From: a virus
Length of the DNA: 64,000 nucleotides
IMG/VR virus record: IMGVR_UViG_3300048074_000120
Span: 64,001-128,000 of that record
Strand: one strand, 5' to 3'
Shown: positions 24,387 to 33,265 of the stretch, in pieces
Layout: every line of letters begins with the position of its first letter
How positions within the stretch are numbered: position 1 is the first letter of the stretch
Program-made: the position numbers and the translations under genes
Notes under the pieces: model-generated
Told to the model about the DNA's origin: nothing
Database searches by the model: none
The model's input: the letters and a program-made list of their open reading frames with translations, nothing else

Positions 24387-26716
24387 ACAGGTGCCAATGC
24401 TTTGATTGCTGCGGCGACCAGTGGAGCCAGAATCGCGTGCAGGGCGCTCGTTGGGTGAGTACCATCAACAAAGTACGTTGCGTTCCCCGGCGTCTGTGCT
24501 TCTGTGACTTCGTCAAATCGCACAATTCCGGACGCGTGAATACTGTAGTCGGTCGGGGCTGCTTTCAGTGCTGTGTTTACGACTTGCCTGGCCGCCTCGC
24601 CACCGCCAGTTAGCGCTGAGCTTGACATGCATGTGTTGATGATCGGTATAACTCCGATGGTCTTGCATTTGTCGCAAAGTGATCTGACGTATCCGAGTAC
24701 AGTGTTGGACGTTTCGCTGGCGCCAAGCGAATTTAGGATCTCATGAAACACAACAACATCGCCGCGGCGCAGGCGCGGAAGGGTTTCCGAGTCAAACCGC
24801 GCTAGCATTTCCCCCGTACGCTGCGCTGGTATGCATTGATTTTCTACCGAATACCGCGCGCCAAGTTGCTGCTCGACAAACCAAGGAAACGATCCGCTAG
24901 GCGGCCCTGTGATGATGTTTCCTAGAATCGAATTTCCAACGAACACTACCTTGCGCACTGTCCCGCGTCGCATGAACCGCTCAAATCTCTGCAGGTCCGC
25001 AAGCGTTGGTATGCCTTTGCCTACAATCACGCTGCGGATCGAACCAGTGAACCCGCTGCTCTGGCCTAGGCAATTGGAGCCTGACGTAAAGCTAGCGGGA
25101 GCCGCGGCGTACTTGACCAATCCGTCCAAGTACACGCCAACTTGTGTGCCTGAAAACAGCAACCCCTCAACGTGCGAATTCATGGCGCCCGGGTAGCGCA
25201 CCTCGGCAGACATCGAATTAGCGACAATTCCGCGTCTGGTGATTGTCGCGGTATTTCCGCCGGTTCCAGTGACCGCATTCTCGACGTAGCAATACCCACG
25301 CTGGCCACCGGCTAAAATGCTACCAGCGCCTCCGCCAACATTTGCCCCAACATTTTGGTAAATGTAATTCGTCGCCGGTTGATGAGTGCGGCAATAAAAC
25401 AACATAAACACGTTGCCAAACCCGGTCGCGGACGAAAGCGCGGTTCCGACAAGCGATGGCAAATTCATCCAGCTGCCTGAAAAATTGAGCCATTTTTGGT
25501 TGTTCCACAGCCCACATGTCGGGCGTGACCCCGACGTGATTTGCGTGCACCCACCATACGGGCCGCCGCTGTAACTTCGGTGGTCGTTCCAGTATTGCGT
25601 GAGACCTTCCTCCAAATCGTCCGCCTCAAGCCATAGGGAAATGTCGGAATCTCCAGCGCCCCAACTGAGCGGAGAGAAGCCGTCGTCACGAGGAGCTGAT
25701 GGCAAGGTTACAAGTTCAAAATCCACTCCTGATCCAGGGCGAACTGTGGTACCCAGCGCGGCTGCTCCAGTTGGGACTGCGCGCCAATCGACGCGAGCGT
25801 CCAGCTGTCGGATGACTTTCCCAATCGCCGTCGATGCTGTTGCCAGTTCACCAACCACTGCTACCGATGGGCCTTTTTCGACAAATGCTGGGGTTGCGCT
25901 CCCCGTCGTCGCCGTCTGCTGGTACACCGGGCTCCCCGAACTCCGAACGCACCGCACGGTAACATCTTCGATGACCGAGAAATGCAGATCCTTGTCTGCT
26001 GCGGTGGGCGACGAGGCGACCCAAATCCACGCGTTCGACCCGCTCGGGCAAAGTATGCGATCGCCTTGCCGTAGCGTCGTGCAGCCGTCGAGGGCAGCTG
26101 CGGATGTCTCAGCGGGGTTCCAGGTTGAAGGCGATTTGACGACGTAAAGACAGGAAGGATATTCCTGCGTCAACGCGACAGGTGTGTACACCAAAGTCGC
26201 CAAAGAATCCCCAAACTGGGTGAAGCTATTTCCCCCAGGACCCGCGTGGCGCACAATTACAACACTAGAGAAAACTTGATCATCAGCGGCCAAGTCCGGA
26301 GCACGGGATAAGTCCCAGTTCGCCCCGTTACTTGCCAACACAAATATGCCTACGAAGCCACCTGGTGCGGCGGAAAGAACGCGCTTGCCAGCGGCAAGCA
26401 CACCACTGCCCGGGATGAATGTAGAGGACGGAAGATTAGTCAGCGAAGAAAGAACACCTAACACCAAAAAATCTGCCGTGTAGTCGTTAGGCCCTTCATC
26501 ATCGAGATCCCATGCCGGAGGGTCAAATCCAGTCATTCGCCAGACTTGCTGGCAATCGCTCAAAAGGGCTAACTTCTCGAGGTCATTTGCGTCAAAAGCT
26601 GTCTTGCCTGGAAACGCAGTAGCTGCTGAGAGGGCGGCATAACTTGCCACCGTCATCGCGATTGACCGCGGTATCCCGTCAGTTTCAGACCAATTGGCTA
26701 AAGGTTTGTTTGCCAT
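24383..26716 (-). CDS. Tail-associated protein with lectin/LamG-like middle region and C-terminal SGNH/GDSL esterase
   Basis: SGNH blocks VVFVGNSI, NQCIPAQ, HEILNS, DGTHP. Beta-rich mid region (VYLDG, GSIRSVIV). Located in the tail block. Confidence 0.75.
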   Translation of the reverse strand: MANKPLANWSETDGIPRSIAMTVASYAALSAATAFPGKTAFDANDLEKLALLSDCQQVWRMTGFDPPAWDLDDEGPNDYTADFLVLGVLSSLTNLPSSTFIPGSGVLAAGKRVLSAAPGGFVGIFVLASNGANWDLSRAPDLAADDQVFSSVVIVRHAGPGGNSFTQFGDSLATLVYTPVALTQEYPSCLYVVKSPSTWNPAETSAAALDGCTTLRQGDRILCPSGSNAWIWVASSPTAADKDLHFSVIEDVTVRCVRSSGSPVYQQTATTGSATPAFVEKGPSVAVVGELATASTAIGKVIRQLDARVDWRAVPTGAAALGTTVRPGSGVDFELVTLPSAPRDDGFSPLSWGAGDSDISLWLEADDLEEGLTQYWNDHRSYSGGPYGGCTQITSGSRPTCGLWNNQKWLNFSGSWMNLPSLVGTALSSATGFGNVFMLFYCRTHQPATNYIYQNVGANVGGGAGSILAGGQRGYCYVENAVTGTGGNTATITRRGIVANSMSAEVRYPGAMNSHVEGLLFSGTQVGVYLDGLVKYAAAPASFTSGSNCLGQSSGFTGSIRSVIVGKGIPTLADLQRFERFMRRGTVRKVVFVGNSILGNIITGPPSGSFPWFVEQQLGARYSVENQCIPAQRTGEMLARFDSETLPRLRRGDVVVFHEILNSLGASETSNTVLGYVRSLCDKCKTIGVIPIINTCMSSSALTGGGEAARQVVNTALKAAPTDYSIHASGIVRFDEVTEAQTPGNATYFVDGTHPTSALHAILAPLVAAAIKALAPV

Positions 26717-26728
26717 GTGCTCTATGCC

Positions 26729-27265
26729 TCAGATTGACGCAGCGTGGGTTGTTCCATCGTTTGCTGTGGCCAAGCTGCCGTCTAGCGATGCAGCAAAGAG
26801 TTGAACATCTCCTGCTCCGATCTCGACAGACAGATATACAGCCCCGCATTCTGTGACGAATTCGATCAACCGAGGAACAGGATCAGGAGACGAATTCAAG
26901 TAGTAGCCGGATAGGTCCACATTGTTGGCAAAACCAAGCAGGGTCCTCGCGGGCTCATTCGCAGCAGGAAGCGCAACGGGCATACCGGTAGACGCTGCAT
27001 GGAATGCGATCATGTTGTTGACCGTCGAAACCTCAAGGCGTGGAATCGCCATCTCAAGCTGACGCTTGATCTCGGCAAAATGGATCTGGCCTGACGGCTT
27101 TCCACTGGGCTGGGTAAACGTGCACGTTCCACTAGGGTTGCTGAACGTGAGCGTTAGACCAACCAGCCCCTCAAAAGGCGAAGAAGTGGCCTTCCCGCCA
27201 ATGATACCTCCTTTGATCTTGTAGTTTTCTTCAGCTAGCGTGGCGTACTTCAGGATGACAATCAT
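26729..27265 (-). CDS. Probable virion structural protein
   Basis: 178 aa; preceded by extended -10 ATGGTACGAT (27286-27295). Confidence 0.6.
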   Translation of the reverse strand: MIVILKYATLAEENYKIKGGIIGGKATSSPFEGLVGLTLTFSNPSGTCTFTQPSGKPSGQIHFAEIKRQLEMAIPRLEVSTVNNMIAFHAASTGMPVALPAANEPARTLLGFANNVDLSGYYLNSSPDPVPRLIEFVTECGAVYLSVEIGAGDVQLFAASLDGSLATANDGTTHAASI

Positions 27266-27338
27266 GGCGGCTCTCGATCGAGCCTATCGTACCATGCGAA
27301 ATGAGCTAATCACTAGCCACGGCAAACTGGAAAGTAGC

Positions 27339-28487
27339 TCAAATACTCTCCAAATCCCTCATTTCATACCAGCCATTTCCCCAAAGGGCATACAAGCGGC
27401 GAAAGTACCGTTCATACATAGGGGCCACAGCTTCAAGAGAATACAACCCCAGCGCTCTATCTCGAAGCTTCTGACGATCGGCCTCGGTCAAACCCAAGGC
27501 GGCTGTGGCCGCCTCACAAAACTCTCTGTGTGATGCACAGCGCCACCGAGGCTCCACCGTTTCCATAAAAGCCCCATAGTCCGTCGTAATGCACGGGGTG
27601 CCGCAGATTTGGCTCTCAACAGCAACGCCCCCAAAGGGCTCTCGATAACGAGTCGGCGCGAAGCAAGCAATGGCATTTGCCATCAGCTTGGACCGCTCTT
27701 CGACCGTAGCGTGGCCCCAGTTCAATACGTGTGTCCATTCGCTCTTGAACGGCCCTTGCCCTGCCACAAGAAGCTTAGCCCCAATGGTTTCAGTGGCTTG
27801 AACTGCTGTCATCCACCCCTTACCGTCAATGAGCCGCCCCATGAACAAGTAGTACGGCTCGCTGAGTATCTGCTGCAGCTTTGGATCATCCGAAGTCTGC
27901 TTACCAAAGCAAAAGTCTGCGGGATCAAAGTAGTTCGGAATCACCGCGTCAAAGTAGTCAACGACCGTGTTGTCTAATCTGCCATGAACCCACTCCCGGT
28001 GCCCATGGCTCTCAAAAACTCGGTACTTGCTGAACGTCCCGTAGTAACCGATACCAAACTCAACCAGCATCACCTTGGTAGCAATGTCGCTGTAACTCCC
28101 TGGGAACATGTCACCAATCGGCTGATGACAGTTTCTGCCAGCGGGGGTCAAGATGAAATCGCGTTGCTGCGAACGAAGAATGATACCTGCCCCAGCACGT
28201 CGATTGAACAAGTCCCAGTAGGGCTCGGAGGCATCCCACTTCAAGTTGTAAAGCGCACCCCTAGAGTGAGGCCCAAACCACTGCTGGCGTTCCGCCTCCG
28301 TGAGAATCTGAACGAACTCAACCCCGGACGGGACGTAAGAGCCCTCGTTGGCATACAGAATAATCTCGTGGCCACGTGGGGCCATCATGTCCATAAACTT
28401 CAACACCTTCTGCGTATAGGCGCAAGCGTTGTACTCATGATTGACCACGGTATGTGGGAGCCCGAGCAGATGAAATCGAAACTTCAT
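27339..28487 (-). CDS. Glycosyltransferase, GT-B fold (family 4 / Glycos_transf_1)
   Basis: LFMGRLIDGKG and EPFGGVAVESQICGTPCITTDYGAFME (E-x7-E motif). Confidence 0.9.
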   Translation of the reverse strand: MKFRFHLLGLPHTVVNHEYNACAYTQKVLKFMDMMAPRGHEIILYANEGSYVPSGVEFVQILTEAERQQWFGPHSRGALYNLKWDASEPYWDLFNRRAGAGIILRSQQRDFILTPAGRNCHQPIGDMFPGSYSDIATKVMLVEFGIGYYGTFSKYRVFESHGHREWVHGRLDNTVVDYFDAVIPNYFDPADFCFGKQTSDDPKLQQILSEPYYLFMGRLIDGKGWMTAVQATETIGAKLLVAGQGPFKSEWTHVLNWGHATVEERSKLMANAIACFAPTRYREPFGGVAVESQICGTPCITTDYGAFMETVEPRWRCASHREFCEAATAALGLTEADRQKLRDRALGLYSLEAVAPMYERYFRRLYALWGNGWYEMRDLESI

Positions 28488-28523
28488 GCTCGAACAATTA
28501 CATACTAATCGGGAAATACAAGG

Positions 28524-29786
28524 TCAGGCCGGGGTTGGAGGAGGAGAATCCACCTGCAGCAGGTGACAAACCCTGGCAGAAAAGACCGTAGTCCCAGCAG
28601 GAACCAAACCAGAATTGTTGGTGTTATCGATCTGAATGCCCCACCCAGTCAACGTTACCGGGGCGCCAAAGGCAGGGGCCCAGCCGGAGGCAGAGTGTAT
28701 TCGTGTCCAATGCAGGCGATCATAAGAAACGTCAATGGTGTACGTGGCGCTCGGAGTTGAGGTGTACCCAAAACGTAAAAACCTCAACTTCGCAGCCTCC
28801 GTCAAAACCATATTGTTCGATGACGAAGAATAACCTGGGATTGCCGCATAGTAATGCGCACCTAAGGCAGGGAACCGGGTATCTGCCGTGAAATGAAACA
28901 CGCTGAATCCAGTCGAAGTACTAGCAGGGACGCTCTGTGAGAAAAATAGGCCAAACGCGGCGTAGTATGTCAAGTACATGTTGCTCAAAGAGTCAATGCC
29001 CAGCTCAACGTAGTACTCACCATTGCCGTTCTTACTCATCGAGCCAACCAACCACGCACGCAGCACAGTACCCAGCGTCTCTGTGGTATTGAGCCGCCAG
29101 AACGGCCCTTCTTGCGTGAGCGTGGTCCCGGCGTTGCTGTTTATGGCAGCGAGCGTAGACGCATCCACAGGGGGCGGCTGAACAAGAATTCCTTGGCAGA
29201 AAGGCCGCCAGGCGGCACCATCCGAAATGAACGTACAGGAAGGAACATCAGAAACAATCTGCTGCGAGCCTGCCCCTGCAGTCGCTGCTGCCGGCAACGT
29301 CGCGTACGTATATGTGCCCGGGTAAGTTCCGCCGCCGCTGCCCGGAGCACCGGAGGCACCAGTAGCGCCGGGGGATCCCGATGCCCCTGTTGCTCCTGGT
29401 GGACCAGATGCCCCGGGTGTCCCAGAAACGCCCGTTGCACCGGGGGTACCAGCTGCTCCCGGCGTTCCCGAGGCACCGGGGAGGCCAGGTGTACCGCTGG
29501 CGCCAGGCGTGCCAGAAGCGCCCGTTGCTCCAGGGGGACCGGGCACACCAGGATCGCCAGGTGTACCTGGAGTGCCACTTGCTCCCGTTGCTCCACGCTG
29601 GCCAGAGGCACCGGGAGTTCCCGAAGCTCCGGGCGTGCCAGACGCCCCGGTGGGTCCGGGGGGACCACTTGCGCCCGTTGCACCAGTTGCTCCGACATCA
29701 CCTGGCCCAGGCCCAGGCCCACCGCCGTATGGCAGCATTTTAGGACCGGTCGAAAACCAGACCAGAACTTCACCTGTCTCAGCCAT
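28524..29786 (-). CDS. Collagen-like fibre protein
   Basis: About 41 uninterrupted Gly-X-Y triplets followed by a beta-rich globular C-terminal domain. Confidence 0.85.
   Translation of the reverse strand: MAETGEVLVWFSTGPKMLPYGGGPGPGPGDVGATGATGASGPPGPTGASGTPGASGTPGASGQRGATGASGTPGTPGDPGVPGPPGATGASGTPGASGTPGLPGASGTPGAAGTPGATGVSGTPGASGPPGATGASGSPGATGASGAPGSGGGTYPGTYTYATLPAAATAGAGSQQIVSDVPSCTFISDGAAWRPFCQGILVQPPPVDASTLAAINSNAGTTLTQEGPFWRLNTTETLGTVLRAWLVGSMSKNGNGEYYVELGIDSLSNMYLTYYAAFGLFFSQSVPASTSTGFSVFHFTADTRFPALGAHYYAAIPGYSSSSNNMVLTEAAKLRFLRFGYTSTPSATYTIDVSYDRLHWTRIHSASGWAPAFGAPVTLTGWGIQIDNTNNSGLVPAGTTVFSARVCHLLQVDSPPPTPA
29334..29702 (-). repeat. Gly-X-Y collagen repeat, dominated by GAT/GAS/GTP
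   Basis: Counted 41 triplets from GDV to GSG in the translation. Confidence 0.9.
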
Positions 29787-29801
29787 GCTGGATCAACTCT
29801 A

Positions 29802-30800
29802 TCACCAGATGGGGAACACAAGGGAATTCCACGGATGATCGAAGTAAACGCTCGAAATAGGACTTCCTGCAGTCCAGAGCTTTGTGCTTCGTGAATACGT
29901 CAATGGAGTAATCGTATTGCCACCGTAGTCTGAAACCAACGCCGTATCACCAATACCGTCGTTAGCAACAACGACCGCACTCACGTTAGTAAAGCCCGTC
30001 AACGTCTGCCCAGGCGTGAACGTCTTCGTTGCCGGATCATAATCGATGACGCGCACGTTATTGCCGAACCCACCAATCAAAGATCGTCCGTCGGGCCTCC
30101 AAGTGGCGCTGAGAAGCGTAACGGGAATGGATACACGATCCCAAGAAGAACCGTTCCAAGTGAGGCCGTCTGATTCAACGCCAGTTGTATTGCTGCCAAT
30201 GAGGATGGCATTGCCATCAGGGGAAAAGCCTGCACCAAAAAAGCGCTCACCACCTGCGTTTATGGCAATCCCCGCAGCGGCAGACCAAAGCCCCGTACCA
30301 GGGTTTCGGAACAGCGGGAACGCGTAATCATCATACTTAGGGACAGCTATTGCGCGCAACCCATCCACAGACATCTGCACCGTATTGAAATGCGTCGACG
30401 AGAGGCTGATACTCGATCCCGCCACCCAGAGACCCGTTGCCGTGTTGTACTCGTAAGGTGTTACCGCCGTCGCAAAGTCCCCCGAAGAGAGTGCGTGCAG
30501 ACCATCCCCTGACATCGTTACGGCCGCACAATTGCCACTCCCTTGTGAAACGGGAGTACCCGGAGTCCAAGTGCCGCCGGCGTAATCGAGTGGCACAACA
30601 GCGCCCGACACGTAGTTGGCATACAAGACCCGCGAACCCTGCGTATTAGCTGCCAATGAGGAAAGGTTGTTTGACGTCGGCCCTGCCGTAATGTTCTCAA
30701 ACGGGGTCCACACGCCACCGGTGTAAAGCAAGTGCGTCACTTGGTTGGTAGAGTAGTTCTCAACCAAGGCGTGCATCGAATAGAGGAACTTACGCGGCAT
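29802..30800 (-). CDS. Beta-propeller (YncE/lactonase-like) virion protein
   Basis: Repeating blade motifs such as [36 protein letters not shown]. Confidence 0.75.
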   Translation of the reverse strand: MPRKFLYSMHALVENYSTNQVTHLLYTGGVWTPFENITAGPTSNNLSSLAANTQGSRVLYANYVSGAVVPLDYAGGTWTPGTPVSQGSGNCAAVTMSGDGLHALSSGDFATAVTPYEYNTATGLWVAGSSISLSSTHFNTVQMSVDGLRAIAVPKYDDYAFPLFRNPGTGLWSAAAGIAINAGGERFFGAGFSPDGNAILIGSNTTGVESDGLTWNGSSWDRVSIPVTLLSATWRPDGRSLIGGFGNNVRVIDYDPATKTFTPGQTLTGFTNVSAVVVANDGIGDTALVSDYGGNTITPLTYSRSTKLWTAGSPISSVYFDHPWNSLVFPIW

Positions 30801-30812
30801 ACCTAATCAACC

Positions 30813-31418
30813 TCACGGAAGACCCTGCCACAATAGGTAAGCGGTCACTGTCCCCGTTGTCGGACTGCCAGTCACTGCCACGTTGGCATAAGTGCTCTGC
30901 CCGGCTGGGTACATCGCCTCAAAGCCAGTGGCTTGAGACAAAGCTGCTCCCAAGGAGGTAAGAGCAAAACCTCCCACGATGGTCCCGGCCGCTACCGAGC
31001 TATCAATGACTTGATCAAGAATTATCTGCGTGCCACCCGAGGTCGAACCGATAGACAATTGAGCCGTCGGGGTTGTACCTCCCGACAGAGCAACCTTCAC
31101 CCGAAGGTCAATAGAGACCAACTTCCAACGATTGTTCCCTGTGGGAGTCGCCGGACGGGTGTCAATGATGGGGTTCCCTGCTGTCGTCAGATCGATGTCA
31201 TACGTCACTAGCTTCAAGGGACTTGCGCTGAGCTCGAGCCAAGAAAGGGGACCTACGCCAAGAAGAAACCAGACGGAGCTATTGTCCGTCTGGATAGCAA
31301 TCTTCCCGATATCGGCAGCTACAAGCGAGCTGTCTCCAAGCCGCGCGGCGGCATTGGCGTACTCGAATGAACGCGTGGTGTGGATGCCTTCTTCTTTAGT
31401 GCAATGTCCGTGGTCCAT
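30813..31418 (-). CDS. Probable virion structural protein
   Basis: 201 aa, beta-rich, in the tail block. Confidence 0.6.
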   Translation of the reverse strand: MDHGHCTKEEGIHTTRSFEYANAAARLGDSSLVAADIGKIAIQTDNSSVWFLLGVGPLSWLELSASPLKLVTYDIDLTTAGNPIIDTRPATPTGNNRWKLVSIDLRVKVALSGGTTPTAQLSIGSTSGGTQIILDQVIDSSVAAGTIVGGFALTSLGAALSQATGFEAMYPAGQSTYANVAVTGSPTTGTVTAYLLWQGLP

Positions 31419-31439
31419 TCGAATACGCCGTAGCCTCTC

Positions 31440-32183
31440 TCACATCACTAGAGCCAACGCCTTTTGCAGCTCGTCTAACTTGAATCCCTGTACCGACTGC
31501 CCCACCGTGTTGACCCAGTGATGACTGACGATCACAAAGCACTCTGGCATGTAGATATCAGCACCCTCGGGGGTGATTATGTAGGAAGGGTCTCCCCAGG
31601 ACACCGCCGTAAGATTCAATGATGAATCGTAATCCGGGGAATACACACAATGCCCGCCCCAGGTGTTTGGACGCCAAATACCTGATTGGTTCGGGCCAGC
31701 TCCCCACGTCGTCGTATTCTGCCAAGCCATCGGCATGTACAGAATTACGTAGAGGCCACCAAAAAGGTTGTGCCCCCTGGCGATGCTTGCCGAGTCAAAA
31801 AGGTTGACGCGTGCATACGCAGCAATCTCCTTGATTCGAACAAAGTAATCCAAGGCCTCAACCGCGTTAGCACCATTGTCCGTGGACGGATCATCCTTAC
31901 GGAAGCCCGTCACATCGCTGTACCAGCCAAGGACTTGGTCGGTGGTAACTACCTCTTGCGTACCCGTGGCATTAGCACTAGCACACTGCTTGTAGTGACC
32001 ATAGCCGGCAAAGATACAGCAGCCGTAGTCGATGTTGCCGAGGTCACCCCAGGCGTCCTTCATACCGGCTGAGTAACGGCTCTGATCAGGAACCAATGGC
32101 AAAGCCGTCGGCTCAAGGTAGTCTTGGAGAAGAGGCACCTTCGCCAATACATGCGGAGGTGTCGGATTTGCACCTAACTTCAT
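31440..32183 (-). CDS. Papain-like cysteine peptidase (C1/C39-like)
   Basis: N...GCCIFAG (catalytic Cys region), WGGHCV (His), and SWG downstream. Start placed at MKLGAN. Confidence 0.6.
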   Translation of the reverse strand: MKLGANPTPPHVLAKVPLLQDYLEPTALPLVPDQSRYSAGMKDAWGDLGNIDYGCCIFAGYGHYKQCASANATGTQEVVTTDQVLGWYSDVTGFRKDDPSTDNGANAVEALDYFVRIKEIAAYARVNLFDSASIARGHNLFGGLYVILYMPMAWQNTTTWGAGPNQSGIWRPNTWGGHCVYSPDYDSSLNLTAVSWGDPSYIITPEGADIYMPECFVIVSHHWVNTVGQSVQGFKLDELQKALALVM

Positions 32184-32187
32184 GGCG

Positions 32188-32526
32188 TCACCTGCAACTC
32201 GCTGGTCCGCACTTCTGGGCGTCCGTCGGTGTCTGCGCATTGAATCTACAACTGAGAAAACGCTGAGCGTCTTCTGGCGTCGGAGAGAACCTCGTGTCGG
32301 TAATGATGACTCCGCAGAGCCTAACGCACTGAGGTTGGTCTTGCCCGTCCGGGCAGGGGAGTACCGCAAGGTGGGCACACATCTGCTCGCACGTGACAGC
32401 TCCGGGGGGCACCGGAGTGGATCCCCCTGTACCCTGAACAGGGCCGGGGGTGGGCTGGGGAGGCGTAATGGGGGCGGTACACGCCCCCACGAACCCCAGC
32501 AGCAAAGCTAGGATTGCCCGATTCAT
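32188..32526 (-). CDS. Cys-rich lipoprotein
   Basis: Signal peptide with lipobox FVGA-C, Pro-rich linker, 8 further Cys. Confidence 0.7.
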   Translation of the reverse strand: MNRAILALLLGFVGACTAPITPPQPTPGPVQGTGGSTPVPPGAVTCEQMCAHLAVLPCPDGQDQPQCVRLCGVIITDTRFSPTPEDAQRFLSCRFNAQTPTDAQKCGPASCR

Positions 32527-32972
32527 TGCGCCAAAGATGCTTTCACCCGAGCTTGGTGCTCGAGAATGTCCGCTGCTGCTGCCTTGGCCTGTAGTTTAGC
32601 CACATCGTTGCCAATCGTTGTCACCAAGACCACGAAGGCCTCGACGGCTTCGACCACGGCCTGCGTCAGTTTGCCAATATCGATACCATTCCAACTATTG
32701 GCGGCAATGGCGGCTTGAAGCGCCCTGTCTTTGGCAGAGAGCGCCGCAGTTAGCTTACCCGATAAATCATCGAATTGTGCCTGGTAAGACTGGCGCTGAT
32801 CGGGGGGCAGTGTAGCGATAGCGGCGTTGGCTGCTGCCGTCAGCTGCTGAACATAACCCTGCACCGAGTGCTCAAAAACCAGCACAGTGTCGAGCTGCTT
32901 TTGGATGCTGCCGCACCCCGTACTAAGCAGAGTCACGGTGAACAGCAAACCAAGTAACTTCAAAAACCTCAT
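32523..32972 (-). CDS. Helical lipoprotein (spanin candidate)
   Basis: Signal peptide with lipobox LSTG-C and an amphipathic helical body. Confidence 0.65.
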   Translation of the reverse strand: MRFLKLLGLLFTVTLLSTGCGSIQKQLDTVLVFEHSVQGYVQQLTAAANAAIATLPPDQRQSYQAQFDDLSGKLTAALSAKDRALQAAIAANSWNGIDIGKLTQAVVEAVEAFVVLVTTIGNDVAKLQAKAAAADILEHQARVKASLAQ

Positions 32973-33265
32973 GATGCCTTTTGCTCCTCTGCCCCGCTGT
33001 CTTGTTGTACTAGTTGGCCCTTGCGGGACGCGGCGGCCAACTTCTTGAACTCTGCCGGGTGAACTTGATCAAAGACCGCACCGAAAATGACACGCGCCAC
33101 GATGAAAAGCCAATTGCTCGGCACAATGTGGTACCGCGCCAAGTACGTAGTCAACATCAAGCCCAGCGCTGTCAGCTCCGCAGTTACCTCCTTAGGATGA
33201 TTATCGAAGTAAACTTGAATGGCGGTGTTGATCGCAGTGAGAGTGTCCATAAGTAAACCTTTCAA
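32969..33265 (-). CDS. Small membrane protein (holin candidate)
   Basis: Two short hydrophobic segments and a charged C-terminal tail; directly upstream of the lipoproteins. Confidence 0.5.
   Translation of the reverse strand: MKGLLMDTLTAINTAIQVYFDNHPKEVTAELTALGLMLTTYLARYHIVPSNWLFIVARVIFGAVFDQVHPAEFKKLAAASRKGQLVQQDSGAEEQKAS

Noticed and set aside
29112-29894. Long alternative-frame and antisense ORFs over the collagen gene (also 45919..46551 and 46234..46866 over the lipoprotein, 1367..2284 over the portal, 23136..24014)
   Set aside because: Shadow ORFs produced by GC-rich, low-complexity coding sequence; no RBS or recognisable domains.
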